Below are positions 10,905 through 19,532 of a stretch of DNA of 64,000 bases, one piece after another. The notes beneath the pieces are model-generated. The model did no database searches. It was not told where the DNA came from and worked only from the letters and a program-made list of their open reading frames with translations. How positions within the stretch are numbered: position 1 is the first letter of the stretch; every line of letters starts with the position of its first letter. The translations under genes and the position numbers were made by a program. The stretch comes from a virus. Location of the stretch: the IMG/VR virus record IMGVR_UViG_3300028840_003168; one strand, 5' to 3'.

Positions 10905-11726
10905 TTGTCGAATGGCCAACACAACAAAGTTTCAGTTCTTGATGTGGACAACCGGCATATTTCCTATACCAACCCGGCAAAGGCCCGGATATTGGTCAGG
11001 GATGGCAGGGCTACCGTCTTCAACGCAAACCCATTCATCATAAAGTTGAATGGAGAGAAAAGGACGGACGAAATGAAAAGATTCAGAAAAGCAATCAAGA
11101 GCTTCACCGATTACTTCAAAGAGGAAAGGGACGTGTATGTTCAGAACCTCTCCAATACCCAGATTTCCCTGGGATTCGGTGTGGCGCCAAACAACTCCTC
11201 GGCCCTTATCCCGGAGACCAGGAAGCCGTACAATCTGTCTCAGTACGTGCCTTTCAAGGATTTGAAGAATTCGGTGGATTTGCGGAAGATGCTGAACCGA
11301 AAACCTGCCACGCTCATTCTTCTGGAAGAGGAAGAGTACAACCAGTTCTATGAGGACCTGGCGGCTAAGAAAGGTACCACCGCGGACGAGGAGATCATCC
11401 AGGCCAATGAGGAGCAGCAGGCCCTGATGAATAGGTCTTCCTATGTGGAGCGCGAGAAGAAGGCTTCAAAGGATGCGGATGAGGCGGTGGAGGAAGAGAT
11501 TAAAGAGGGTCAGGCGCCCGATCAGGAGCTGCCTGAGATGCCTCAACCCCGGATTATTGGTATGTGCGCTGATGACAAGCTGACGGCCACTGACTTCCTT
11601 GAGAGGTTGAGCATGATGGATGATGCCGGTGACCTTTCCGATGCCGATTTCGAGTACCTCCAGAGTAATGCTCCCAAAAAGTCGGTTAAGAACTGGGCGG
11701 TTAAGCAGCTACAGTCTTCAGACTGA
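10905..11726 (+). CDS. Post-capsid protein with N-terminal PLMP/RRXRR-like domain; second in-frame start at 11073
   Basis: VSVLDVDNRHISYTNPAKARILVRDGRATVFNANPFIIKL matches the IscB N-terminal consensus. Internal RBS AAAGGACGGA precedes ATG 11073. Confidence 0.65.
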   Translation: MSNGQHNKVSVLDVDNRHISYTNPAKARILVRDGRATVFNANPFIIKLNGEKRTDEMKRFRKAIKSFTDYFKEERDVYVQNLSNTQISLGFGVAPNNSSALIPETRKPYNLSQYVPFKDLKNSVDLRKMLNRKPATLILLEEEEYNQFYEDLAAKKGTTADEEIIQANEEQQALMNRSSYVEREKKASKDADEAVEEEIKEGQAPDQELPEMPQPRIIGMCADDKLTATDFLERLSMMDDAGDLSDADFEYLQSNAPKKSVKNWAVKQLQSSD

Positions 11727-11745
11727 TTTTTAAGGTACGCTTTAG

Positions 11746-11795
11746 TTTTCCTATACTGGATATTCTATAATATTCGTCTAGGGACAGTTATGTCC
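11746..11795 (+). promoter_or_regulatory. Putative late promoter 2 with 5' stem-loop
   Basis: TTTTCCT-N13-TATAAT(11766-11771)-N7-TAGGGA; hairpin GGACA-GTTA-TGTCC. Confidence 0.65.
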
Positions 11796-11821
11796 GTAGT
11801 TTGATATAATGGAGAGATGAT

Positions 11822-12268
11822 ATGACGACACCACTTTCAAACCCGCAAATAGTGACTTTAGACAAAAAGGGTGGCGCAGTACCCTTAGTCAGGATTTGGG
11901 ACATACCTTACACGATGCCTGTGAAGGACCTATCGATTTTTGTTACGTCCATGGGTAAACCTATGCCTGCCTCAGGGGTGGACTGGGACGTACTTTATGG
12001 AGGTACCTGGTCGGGTGGCCAGCCTTTCGCTTCGGGGTCTACTCTTACGGGTGGTGTCTCTCAGGCAAGCGGAAACCTGGGGGTTACTATCGATGAGATA
12101 GACGAGTACCTATACACGGAAACAAAGATATTTCCGCCCAATGATCGACTGGGCTTGACGCCGCCGTATCGCGGACCCGCGGTATCTGTGGAGCTCGATA
12201 ACCAGGCCGCGGCAGCGGTTACTCTGTTGGTGTTCTTTCTTGGGCGTCAGCTGGGGGATTACACCTAG
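11822..12268 (+). CDS. Putative virion structural protein
   Basis: GGAG RBS; beta-rich; first gene after late promoter 2. Confidence 0.5.
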   Translation: MTTPLSNPQIVTLDKKGGAVPLVRIWDIPYTMPVKDLSIFVTSMGKPMPASGVDWDVLYGGTWSGGQPFASGSTLTGGVSQASGNLGVTIDEIDEYLYTETKIFPPNDRLGLTPPYRGPAVSVELDNQAAAAVTLLVFFLGRQLGDYT

Positions 12269-12280
12269 AAGGAGGAAGCC

Positions 12281-12604
12281 ATGGACGGTTTACTTAATTT
12301 TTGTGTGGAGTACCGAATTGAGATTGCACTGCCCATCGTGGTGGCTGTTCTCATCAAAGCACTGAAGAAGGCATTCAAAACGTTCTTCACCAAGAACCAT
12401 GTCGGGTTCAGGCTGATGTACTTCCTGCCGTTGATTTTAGGTATGCCTCTTGGTTTGTTGTTAACCAAATACCCAGTAGGTGATCGGCTCCTGCTTGGGG
12501 CAGCTCTAGGAGGAATTTCTCACTTCATTTATAAATTCATTACAGTGGGAATTACCAGCAAGACCAAGGCGATCAAGAAGATGGAAGCCAAGCACGGTTC
12601 ATAG
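12281..12604 (+). CDS. Putative holin
   Basis: 107 aa; three hydrophobic segments and a basic C-terminus. Confidence 0.55.
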   Translation: MDGLLNFCVEYRIEIALPIVVAVLIKALKKAFKTFFTKNHVGFRLMYFLPLILGMPLGLLLTKYPVGDRLLLGAALGGISHFIYKFITVGITSKTKAIKKMEAKHGS

Positions 12605-12613
12605 GAGAAACTG

Positions 12614-12934
12614 ATGAAACATTCAGATTTTATTAAGGGTGTGAACAGGAATGTAGCCAAAACTCTTAAAGCACAAGAAGACTTGGAGAACGACCTGACA
12701 GAACTTCAGGAAAAGCTTATGCAAGTAGAGTCTAAGATGAATGCTGTTGAATTTGCTGTACGGCAGCTTAGAAGTTTGGCTCCAGATAGGATATCTGAAG
12801 TTGAAATGGCTAAATCAGGTTGGGCTGACTCTGTGTCTCGATATTCGGATGATGCTTATTATTCTGTTGAGGATTTGCTTAATTTGATTATAGAAATACA
12901 ACAGTTAGAATCTTTTAATCGTGGTGCGTACTAA
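12614..12934 (+). CDS. Leader-bearing acidic coiled-coil protein (putative internal head protein)
   Basis: Basic leader MKHSDFIKGVNRNVAKTLKAQ, then an acidic body. Confidence 0.6.
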   Translation: MKHSDFIKGVNRNVAKTLKAQEDLENDLTELQEKLMQVESKMNAVEFAVRQLRSLAPDRISEVEMAKSGWADSVSRYSDDAYYSVEDLLNLIIEIQQLESFNRGAY

Positions 12935-12937
12935 GTA

Positions 12938-13333
12938 ATGCTGACTTTCTTCAAAAACATCGGTTCCTTTTTCAAGAGAGGGTATCGCTGGTGCAGGAAG
13001 AACACCGCACTGACCTGGACGGTCATTGGTGGTCTTGTCATCGTCATCGTGTACATCGCTATGCGTAAGGGTGCCGATGCCATTGAGGTAGCTGGGATAA
13101 TCAACAGGATTGCCAGACAGAAGATCAAGATAGCCGACATCAAGGACCAGATAAACGACCTGAAGGTGAAGAAGGCGGTTCTGGTGGAGAAGGACTCAGC
13201 AGCTGGTGAAAAGGTTGCGGTCATCGATAAGAAGCTGGAGAAGCTGGACAAGCAGCTCGTGGACTACAAGAATTCTGTGAAGGAAATGAGCGATAACGAC
13301 AAGCTCAAGGAATTTGAAAGCCTGGGCTATTGA
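12938..13333 (+). CDS. Putative inner-membrane spanin-like protein
   Basis: One N-terminal TM helix and a long coiled coil; near the holin. Confidence 0.5.
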   Translation: MLTFFKNIGSFFKRGYRWCRKNTALTWTVIGGLVIVIVYIAMRKGADAIEVAGIINRIARQKIKIADIKDQINDLKVKKAVLVEKDSAAGEKVAVIDKKLEKLDKQLVDYKNSVKEMSDNDKLKEFESLGY

Positions 13334-13346
13334 ATAGGAGAAGACG

Positions 13347-13616
13347 ATGAGACTCAGAGGGTTATCGGATAAAGGTGTTTGCCGGATTTCCAAGAAGGTT
13401 GCGGCAAAAAAAGCGGTCAGTGATGATCAGACCTGGGACAAGATAGACTTTCTCGTAGAAATGTTGGGCAACGAGGAGTTCATTCTGGCCACCTACAAAG
13501 GTATGGGCAGAGAGGAAGCTGACAGCATGATCGATTTCCTGTTCCAGACCTATGACTTGGGTAGGGAGTGGGATATTCATACTGGGGCGGTAGATCCTGA
13601 CGATGAGGACTACTAA
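13347..13616 (+). CDS. Leader-bearing acidic protein (putative internal head protein)
   Basis: Leader MRLRGLSDKGVCRISKKVAAKKA, then an acidic helical body. Confidence 0.6.
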   Translation: MRLRGLSDKGVCRISKKVAAKKAVSDDQTWDKIDFLVEMLGNEEFILATYKGMGREEADSMIDFLFQTYDLGREWDIHTGAVDPDDEDY

Positions 13617-13619
13617 GTC

Positions 13620-14069
13620 GTGAAGTTCCTCATCACCATATTCCTGGTCATATTTCTGCCGTTGGCGGGGGTGGCCGATGAGATCGACCGGGCATCGATA
13701 ACCTACAAACAGACCAAAGGTTATTTCTTCAAGCAGGAGATCGGTGACCGGATGCTCGTTGACCTCAAGGAGCTTCAGTTGGTTCGCGGGAAGGAAGCTC
13801 TGCTCCAGGAGAAGATCGGGTTGCTCAACGAGAGGCTGGAACTCAAGGATTTGAATATCAAGACTTCAGAGGAGATAGCGGAGAAGTGGAAAGACACTCA
13901 CGATGCTGAACATACCCTCCGCATGGATGAACGAAAGTTCTATGAAAAGAAGCTGGCCGAGAAAGATGCCTGGTACAGGAGTCCCGCATTTCTGCTGATG
14001 ACGGGGCTGATTATCGGCGCTGGGTTGAGTATCGGTGTGGCCTTTGGAATAAATGAAGGGAAAGATTGA
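13620..14069 (+). CDS. Secreted coiled-coil protein with C-terminal membrane anchor (spanin-like)
   Basis: Signal peptide without Cys, coiled coil, and WYRSP followed by a hydrophobic C-terminus. Confidence 0.45.
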   Translation: MKFLITIFLVIFLPLAGVADEIDRASITYKQTKGYFFKQEIGDRMLVDLKELQLVRGKEALLQEKIGLLNERLELKDLNIKTSEEIAEKWKDTHDAEHTLRMDERKFYEKKLAEKDAWYRSPAFLLMTGLIIGAGLSIGVAFGINEGKD

Positions 14070-14743
14070 TGAGACTCAAAGGAATTACAAGTAAGGGCAT
14101 GCAGCGGGTCGCTAAGACTGTTAAGGGGCAGGGTTCCTCTCCTGTGGATGATTTGGAGAAGCACGGTACTGTCACCATTCAGTATCTTTATGGGGGTGGA
14201 GAGATTTCCATAAATGAGATCGATGACAGCTTTTTCGTGCACGTTTCCTTCCCAGATGGAAAGTCTGAGGAGTTCGATGCTGATGTGGGTTCTACTAATG
14301 CAGAGGAAGTAGTTGACCGTGCTATGGGGGTCTATGAGGAAGGTCTGGGCGGTGCTTATGCTGAGGAAGGCTATGAGAGGTCTTTCGACTATAAGTGGCA
14401 CGTATACGGTAGTAGTTCTGTCCTGCGAGTTGGTGAACGCTCGGACATTGGTAGACTTCTTAGTCGCGGCATTCATGCTGGGGGCTACGATGCCGCGTAT
14501 GAGGGTGGTGACTGGGAATCGAATCTGGAGAGACGGTACGAAGAGGGGGGAGACTACTACGTAGAAGACGAGACTTTTGAAGCGGGTTATATCCTCGCTT
14601 TTATCCCTGGTAGTACCGACAACTGGATGTGGGACGAGGATTATCTGGATGCTTGGAACGCATATGGGAAAGATGCCCAGGCTCTAGGAATTGCGGTAGA
14701 TGACCCTTGGGAAGCCCAACAGGAAGATGATACGTGGGATTAG
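14069..14743 (+). CDS. Leader-bearing very acidic protein (putative internal head protein)
   Basis: TGATG coupling; leader MRLKGITSKGMQRVAKTVKGQ; D/E/Y/W-rich body. Confidence 0.6.
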   Translation: MRLKGITSKGMQRVAKTVKGQGSSPVDDLEKHGTVTIQYLYGGGEISINEIDDSFFVHVSFPDGKSEEFDADVGSTNAEEVVDRAMGVYEEGLGGAYAEEGYERSFDYKWHVYGSSSVLRVGERSDIGRLLSRGIHAGGYDAAYEGGDWESNLERRYEEGGDYYVEDETFEAGYILAFIPGSTDNWMWDEDYLDAWNAYGKDAQALGIAVDDPWEAQQEDDTWD

Positions 14744-14771
14744 TGTGATAGCAAAGCTAAGGAGATAAAAA

Positions 14772-15155
14772 ATGAGTAGCTTACTCACAATAGTAGGAAC
14801 GCTCACGTTCCCAACAGTAAAAGGTGGACCTGATACCAGTACGGTACTCGGTGCCCCCACAGTAACCCCGTCCTCATCTTCAGGACCACAACTGACCTAC
14901 GAGGAGGGTGGCTCAAGCTCGTACCTCGTTGCGGTTGGTGCGCCTGTGGCCATCCCGTTCGGTACTTTGGCAAGTGCTGACGCGGTGTACGTGGGTTCTG
15001 ACCAGGCGGTGGACATCGTTCTGGATGGCGGGTCCGAGAAGATAAGCCTTGCGGCTGACGGTTTCATCCTGCTTTCCAAGGCAGGTGTTGCGTCGATGAC
15101 CGTTGAGGCCAACGCCGTGGATGCCAATGTGGTGGTGATTCTTCTGGGAGACTAG
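14772..15155 (+). CDS. Small beta-rich virion protein
   Basis: AAGGAG RBS; G/S/T/V/A-rich composition. Confidence 0.5.
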   Translation: MSSLLTIVGTLTFPTVKGGPDTSTVLGAPTVTPSSSSGPQLTYEEGGSSSYLVAVGAPVAIPFGTLASADAVYVGSDQAVDIVLDGGSEKISLAADGFILLSKAGVASMTVEANAVDANVVVILLGD

Positions 15156-15158
15156 GGA

Positions 15159-16070
15159 ATGATAATCAATGCTGAACCAGGATTGGATGTCCCGAGCGTA
15201 GTGGACATGATTGAGGTCATGCGGCTCAACTCGAATCGCGTGGCCGATGTCACCTTACTGGATGAGAATGGAGACCCCCAGGACATTATCGAGGAGACTC
15301 CCGCATCGGGGCTTCCTCGGGGTGAACTTGATCTGGACATCACGGACATCGGCGGGACCTCCATCTACCAGGAGGACTACTACCCGCCTTCAGTAGGGAT
15401 TCCCGCTGACCGCAGGATAGTCCACAACAGCACGGGCAAGTATTCCATCAAGGTGCTGCCCACTGACATTTCCACTAGCGGAACCTACCTATTCAACTGG
15501 CATGCCCGGTATGACTCGGACTCCGAGGACATCTACCGCACCCAGGTCATGCAGGTGGTGTCACCGCGGGTCCTGTCGTTGTTACCGACCTTCAGACTGA
15601 TTATTGATAAGAGTGTGAAGCGTGTAGTCCCAGAATCCATGTGTTTTTTAGGTTACAGCGATTCTCAACTGATCGTCTACCTCATGCAGGGTCTTTCATA
15701 TATCAACAGCAAACCGCCCTACCCTGTGTGGAACTACCTGGAGAACTACCCTATTGAGCAGTACTCGGACGTACTCATCAGGTCGGCGCTGTACATCGGG
15801 ATCACCTCGCAGTCTTTGTTTGCGATAGACACCGATGTTCCTTCATACAATGACCAGGGTCATAGCTTTGTGCTTCAGCACTTTCAGGCGCTGAACACGA
15901 TGTTGAACCAGCTTCGTGCGGAGCTGGACAAGCAGATACCTGATTTGAAGAAAAAGTTTGTGAGGTCCGGGACGGCCATGATCGAGACGCGGCTGGGGTA
16001 CCTCTGGTACAACCTGATAGCCTCGTCGCCTTCAGGGTCCACGTTCAGGAATTACTATTTTAATAGCTAG
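15159..16070 (+). CDS. Head-tail adaptor/neck protein with N-terminal Ig-like domain
   Basis: Position in the module; YSDSQL..YL...LSYIN..PP and SYNDQG.S motifs of myovirus neck proteins. Confidence 0.6.
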   Translation: MIINAEPGLDVPSVVDMIEVMRLNSNRVADVTLLDENGDPQDIIEETPASGLPRGELDLDITDIGGTSIYQEDYYPPSVGIPADRRIVHNSTGKYSIKVLPTDISTSGTYLFNWHARYDSDSEDIYRTQVMQVVSPRVLSLLPTFRLIIDKSVKRVVPESMCFLGYSDSQLIVYLMQGLSYINSKPPYPVWNYLENYPIEQYSDVLIRSALYIGITSQSLFAIDTDVPSYNDQGHSFVLQHFQALNTMLNQLRAELDKQIPDLKKKFVRSGTAMIETRLGYLWYNLIASSPSGSTFRNYYFNS

Positions 16071-16079
16071 GAGAGACCG

Positions 16080-16373
16080 ATGAGACATGAAAAGTTTATG
16101 AAGGATGTGCGGAGAAATGCTGGCAGGGCTGTCAAAGGTCAGGGTGAATCCTGGGGGGATGTTGCCGACCAAAGTGCCGAACTTCAGGAGAAGTTTGAGG
16201 TTGCGTTGGACGATGCTGCTCAGGCGTATGCTCGGTCTTTGCAGGAGTTCTCTAGCAGGGAGGACTTGGATGAGGCTCATGGTTTTGAGGGGTTCCTTGA
16301 AGACTATATGGCGAATCATGATGTAGGGCAGGAGCTGCTGGATTGGATAGGGCAGTATTTGCGAGGTTATTAG
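16080..16373 (+). CDS. Leader-bearing acidic protein (putative internal head protein)
   Basis: Leader MRHEKFMKDVRRNAGRAVKGQ, then an acidic helical body. Confidence 0.6.
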   Translation: MRHEKFMKDVRRNAGRAVKGQGESWGDVADQSAELQEKFEVALDDAAQAYARSLQEFSSREDLDEAHGFEGFLEDYMANHDVGQELLDWIGQYLRGY

Positions 16374-16391
16374 GAGACCTCACTGTAACCC

Positions 16392-16670
16392 ATGCCAACA
16401 GAACGAATAAAAGTGAACCTGTCTGACGCGGCTGACCTGGCCACGCAGAAGTTTTTCAAGCTGCTGGATGTGGCGTCCTGGGACACGTTGAAGAACAAGG
16501 TTCAAAGTCCTCCTGCGGGAGGCCGCGCTTCTCGTAAGCAGAGACTGGCCGAGGCCAGGAACCGGCAGGCTCAACTCTTCGGCGGTGAGCAAGCCGCCCA
16601 GGAGACCCCGGTGGGCGCATCTGACAAGACGATGGATGAGCTTGTCAAAGAGATAGTGGAGGGACTGTGA
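16392..16670 (+). CDS. Hypothetical protein
   Basis: AGGAG RBS; in operon. Confidence 0.55.
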   Translation: MPTERIKVNLSDAADLATQKFFKLLDVASWDTLKNKVQSPPAGGRASRKQRLAEARNRQAQLFGGEQAAQETPVGASDKTMDELVKEIVEGL

Positions 16671-16942
16671 TGAAGGTTCTGAGAGAGTTTAGAAAAACAG
16701 GTCAAGGTGCCTGGGCTATTAATCCAGAACATTTGAAGGATATGGAAGAGTTCTATGCTTCTTCTCTTGTCGCATCTTTACATGCTTTTGAAGAGATTTA
16801 TCAGTTGGCTAAGACTGCGGCTGATCCTGATGAGATGACCGATAAAATGGAGGCCCTGGCGACCAGCATGGAGGGTATGCCCGACATCTTGAACGAAATC
16901 ACCATGCGGATCTGGAACGAGTATCTCAGGAATAACAGGTGA
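16670..16942 (+). CDS. Short-leader acidic protein (putative internal head protein)
   Basis: Leader MKVLREFRKTGQ, then an acidic body; TGATG coupling. Confidence 0.55.
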   Translation: MKVLREFRKTGQGAWAINPEHLKDMEEFYASSLVASLHAFEEIYQLAKTAADPDEMTDKMEALATSMEGMPDILNEITMRIWNEYLRNNR

Positions 16943-16946
16943 AATA

Positions 16947-17972
16947 GTGGACTGGTCTCGCGGAAACGGATGTAATGGACTTGGTACTGGTGCCGTGGGG
17001 TACTGGGGCAGGGACATTTACATGCGTATCCAGGCTGACCAGCAGCATGCCAAGGAACGCGCACTTCTGATGAACCAGATTCAGGCTGGCGGGATGCGGT
17101 TCGACCTGTGGCAGGATGTGGAATCAGGTCAGCAATGTTCCTGCTACAAGGAGATCAATCGATCCGCCGATGACAAGTGCATGGCCTGCCATGGTAGAAG
17201 GTACGTTCCTGGCTACCTCAAGTTCGGATACGAGACACTGTGGATGTCGGCGGTGGACACCGATGTCACTTTCACCAACACCGAGATAACCACCGAGTTC
17301 AAGTCCTCAAAGGTGGTTCTGTCCACAGGTTCCCTGAGTGGAACCGTGGAATCAGGTGACAAGGCCTTCAGCAGGACCGAGATAGGATCTGTTTGGGAGG
17401 CCGATGCCCAGACCTATATCAGGATAGCAGGTCAGTCGGATGTGACCGTGGAGTACTCTCTGGACTCGGGAGGTACCTGGTCGGGCATTTCAAACCTGGC
17501 CACGGCGAACCCAGCCTCAGGGGTGATTCGTTTCAGAGCCACTCTGACGCGCTCTACGGCAGCGATACTCTCTCCCTTGTTCGAGATAGTCAGGGCGAGG
17601 TATGCGACGATTCCTGTGGCGTCTGAGCAGCCTGACGGGACATTCCGCGTGGGGCCATGGGTGTTGCTGATGAAAAGCGTCCCGGTGGAGAAGAAGACGA
17701 AGAATGAACACGGTGACAGGATTAATCAGGATAATACTAAAATGTGGACTGCGGGTCTTTCCATGTTTGACTCTTCAATCGAGGTAGGTTCAACTGGAGA
17801 ACTCATACGAAGCAAGCACACTGTTTTTAAGGCATTGGACGGGGTTCAGGCTGGAACTTTTTATGTCATGTCGGACTGGATGCTCAGTGATCCTTTTGGT
17901 ATGATCATTGTCAGCCAGACGTTTACGGCGCGTATGGCCGATCCTTCCGGGCCGTACTATCTGATATGGTAA
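16947..17972 (+). CDS. Head completion/neck protein with CxC...CxxC motif
   Basis: QCSCY...KCMACHG...GY pattern seen in myovirus head-closure proteins; position in the module. Confidence 0.55.
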   Translation: MDWSRGNGCNGLGTGAVGYWGRDIYMRIQADQQHAKERALLMNQIQAGGMRFDLWQDVESGQQCSCYKEINRSADDKCMACHGRRYVPGYLKFGYETLWMSAVDTDVTFTNTEITTEFKSSKVVLSTGSLSGTVESGDKAFSRTEIGSVWEADAQTYIRIAGQSDVTVEYSLDSGGTWSGISNLATANPASGVIRFRATLTRSTAAILSPLFEIVRARYATIPVASEQPDGTFRVGPWVLLMKSVPVEKKTKNEHGDRINQDNTKMWTAGLSMFDSSIEVGSTGELIRSKHTVFKALDGVQAGTFYVMSDWMLSDPFGMIIVSQTFTARMADPSGPYYLIW

Positions 17973-17976
17973 GATT

Positions 17977-18432
17977 GTGGCTATTTTAAATAAATTTTGT
18001 CCTAAGTGTGAGATGACTAAATCTGTAAAATATTTTTATAAAAATGCTGCGGCTCCTGATGGCTTGGACTCGCGTTGTAAAGAGTGCACCAGTAAGCTTG
18101 ATAAGGAGAGAAAGAGTAAGCTTAATTATCCTAGGAGAAAGGCCAAGTCGGGATCTGCTGTTGAGGCACTTGGTTGTACGGGAGAGGAGTTTCGTGTTTA
18201 TTTAGAGGCTAAGTTTTACCCTCATCCAGAGACTGGAGAGGAGATGACCTGGAATAACTGGTCACAGACAGGTTGGCATATTGATCATATTGTTCCTCTT
18301 TCTTCTGTTGATCTTTCGGATGCAGCGCAGATGCTGAAGGTGTGCCATTATTCAAACACGCAACCTTTATGGATGGTGGAGAATTTAAGAAAAGGTTCTA
18401 AACTTTCCGATGTTGGGGGCGACGATGGTTGA
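17977..18432 (+). CDS. HNH homing-type endonuclease with one zinc-ribbon module
   Basis: CPKC...CKEC; WHIDHIVPLS...HYSNTQPLW..EN.RKG; AT-rich relative to neighbours. Confidence 0.85.
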   Translation: MAILNKFCPKCEMTKSVKYFYKNAAAPDGLDSRCKECTSKLDKERKSKLNYPRRKAKSGSAVEALGCTGEEFRVYLEAKFYPHPETGEEMTWNNWSQTGWHIDHIVPLSSVDLSDAAQMLKVCHYSNTQPLWMVENLRKGSKLSDVGGDDG

Positions 18433-18700
18433 CCTTCAAGACAAAGAAAACCTCACCGTAAAAGACATCATAGAGGACAGTCTTCTGGTGTTTGAGGAGG
18501 TCCTTCCAGAGACGCAGGCCATACAGGACATAATGGCCGAGCATGGGGAGGAAGCGGGTCTTGGTGTAATCTATATGATAGTGGCCTTCTGTGCCCATGA
18601 AAAGTACATGCAGTATAAGGAACAGGTGGCGAGAATACCTTCGGATACCGAAGCTCTGAAACCTTTTCCACATCTTAGGTTTAGAAGCTTGGTTAATTAA
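18425..18700 (+). CDS. Hypothetical protein
   Basis: ATG 18425 after a G-rich RBS; in operon. Confidence 0.55.
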   Translation: MVDLQDKENLTVKDIIEDSLLVFEEVLPETQAIQDIMAEHGEEAGLGVIYMIVAFCAHEKYMQYKEQVARIPSDTEALKPFPHLRFRSLVN

Positions 18701-18722
18701 ACCGATATGGTGAGGTGCTAAA

Positions 18723-19334
18723 ATGAGATTGAATATGAAACGTCTGGCCAGGGTTATCAGGGCCAATGGAGACGATGAAGAGAAATCGGAAAAGCCTTCC
18801 AAGAAGTGCAAACAGGAAGACATGATCAAGTTCCTCAAGGAGAACCCGAACCCCACTGATGAAGAGTTTCACGAGTGGGCTGAGGGCAACGGTTTCGATG
18901 TTCCAAGTGCAGAGGCCAAGATGTACGAACTGGCCACCATGTATGTTCGGATTCTGAGTGAGGGAAGGGCCGATGAGGATGGCATAGACTCGATTGATGT
19001 TGATCCTAAAGAGCTTGAGCTGGGAAAAGAGATCGAATTGGAACACATCGACGACGAGGATGTGTCCGAGGAGATTGCCCTGGACCATCTGGCCGAGATG
19101 CCTGACTACTACACCGAGTTGAAGAAGATGGAGGAGAAGGGTGCTCGTCTGGTTAAGGGTCAGGCTGCTTGGAGTCACGTTCAATATCTTATTGGTCTTA
19201 TTGAAAAGTATATGGATGACAGTGAAATGTTGGATGCTGTTTTGGATATTCTAGGGGTTCAGAGGTCTGAGGAAGTTCTGGAGAAGATTATTCAGACGCA
19301 TCCATCACTTTCGTATGAGCGAGGGGAGGGTTGA
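18723..19334 (+). CDS. Leader-bearing DUF5661-like multi-module protein (putative internal head polyprotein)
   Basis: Leader MRLNMKRLARVIRA; G.EIELEH......EIALDHLAEMPDYYTEL (DUF5661-like); internal ARLVKGQ. Confidence 0.65.
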   Translation: MRLNMKRLARVIRANGDDEEKSEKPSKKCKQEDMIKFLKENPNPTDEEFHEWAEGNGFDVPSAEAKMYELATMYVRILSEGRADEDGIDSIDVDPKELELGKEIELEHIDDEDVSEEIALDHLAEMPDYYTELKKMEEKGARLVKGQAAWSHVQYLIGLIEKYMDDSEMLDAVLDILGVQRSEEVLEKIIQTHPSLSYERGEG

Positions 19335-19530
19335 GGGTTCTTTGCGTTTGACTGATTTGGATTTGTCTGATTTTAAAATGGAAAATGGAAGAGAAATCTT
19401 CGATTCAGACGAGAAGGTAAGATGTTTTGAGAAATATCTTCAAGAGAAAACGGAGAAGATTTTTAAGCAGTATCAAGAAGCTCATATGAAGGCGTTGGTG
19501 CTCTCAAAGTATAGGATTATAGGGGTGTAA
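19315..19530 (+). CDS. Small hypothetical protein
   Basis: Fills the gap; start uncertain; AT-rich. Confidence 0.4.
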   Translation: MSEGRVEGSLRLTDLDLSDFKMENGREIFDSDEKVRCFEKYLQEKTEKIFKQYQEAHMKALVLSKYRIIGV

Positions 19531-19532
19531 GC

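Noticed and set aside
9553-10980. 475-aa minus-strand ORF opposite the capsid gene, and similar long antisense ORFs (e.g. 7468-8364, 50645-51790)
   Set aside because: They are shadows of strongly biased plus-strand codon usage, with no RBS or motifs, and fully overlap well-supported genes.
10795-11726. Intact IscB/IS200-IS605 element
   Set aside because: Only the PLMP-like segment is present, with no RuvC, HNH or TnpA. The upstream RNA is much shorter than typical omega-RNAs.
16392-16670. QAQLF resembling a beta-clamp-binding motif
   Set aside because: A five-residue match in a head-module gene can easily arise by chance; there is no other support.
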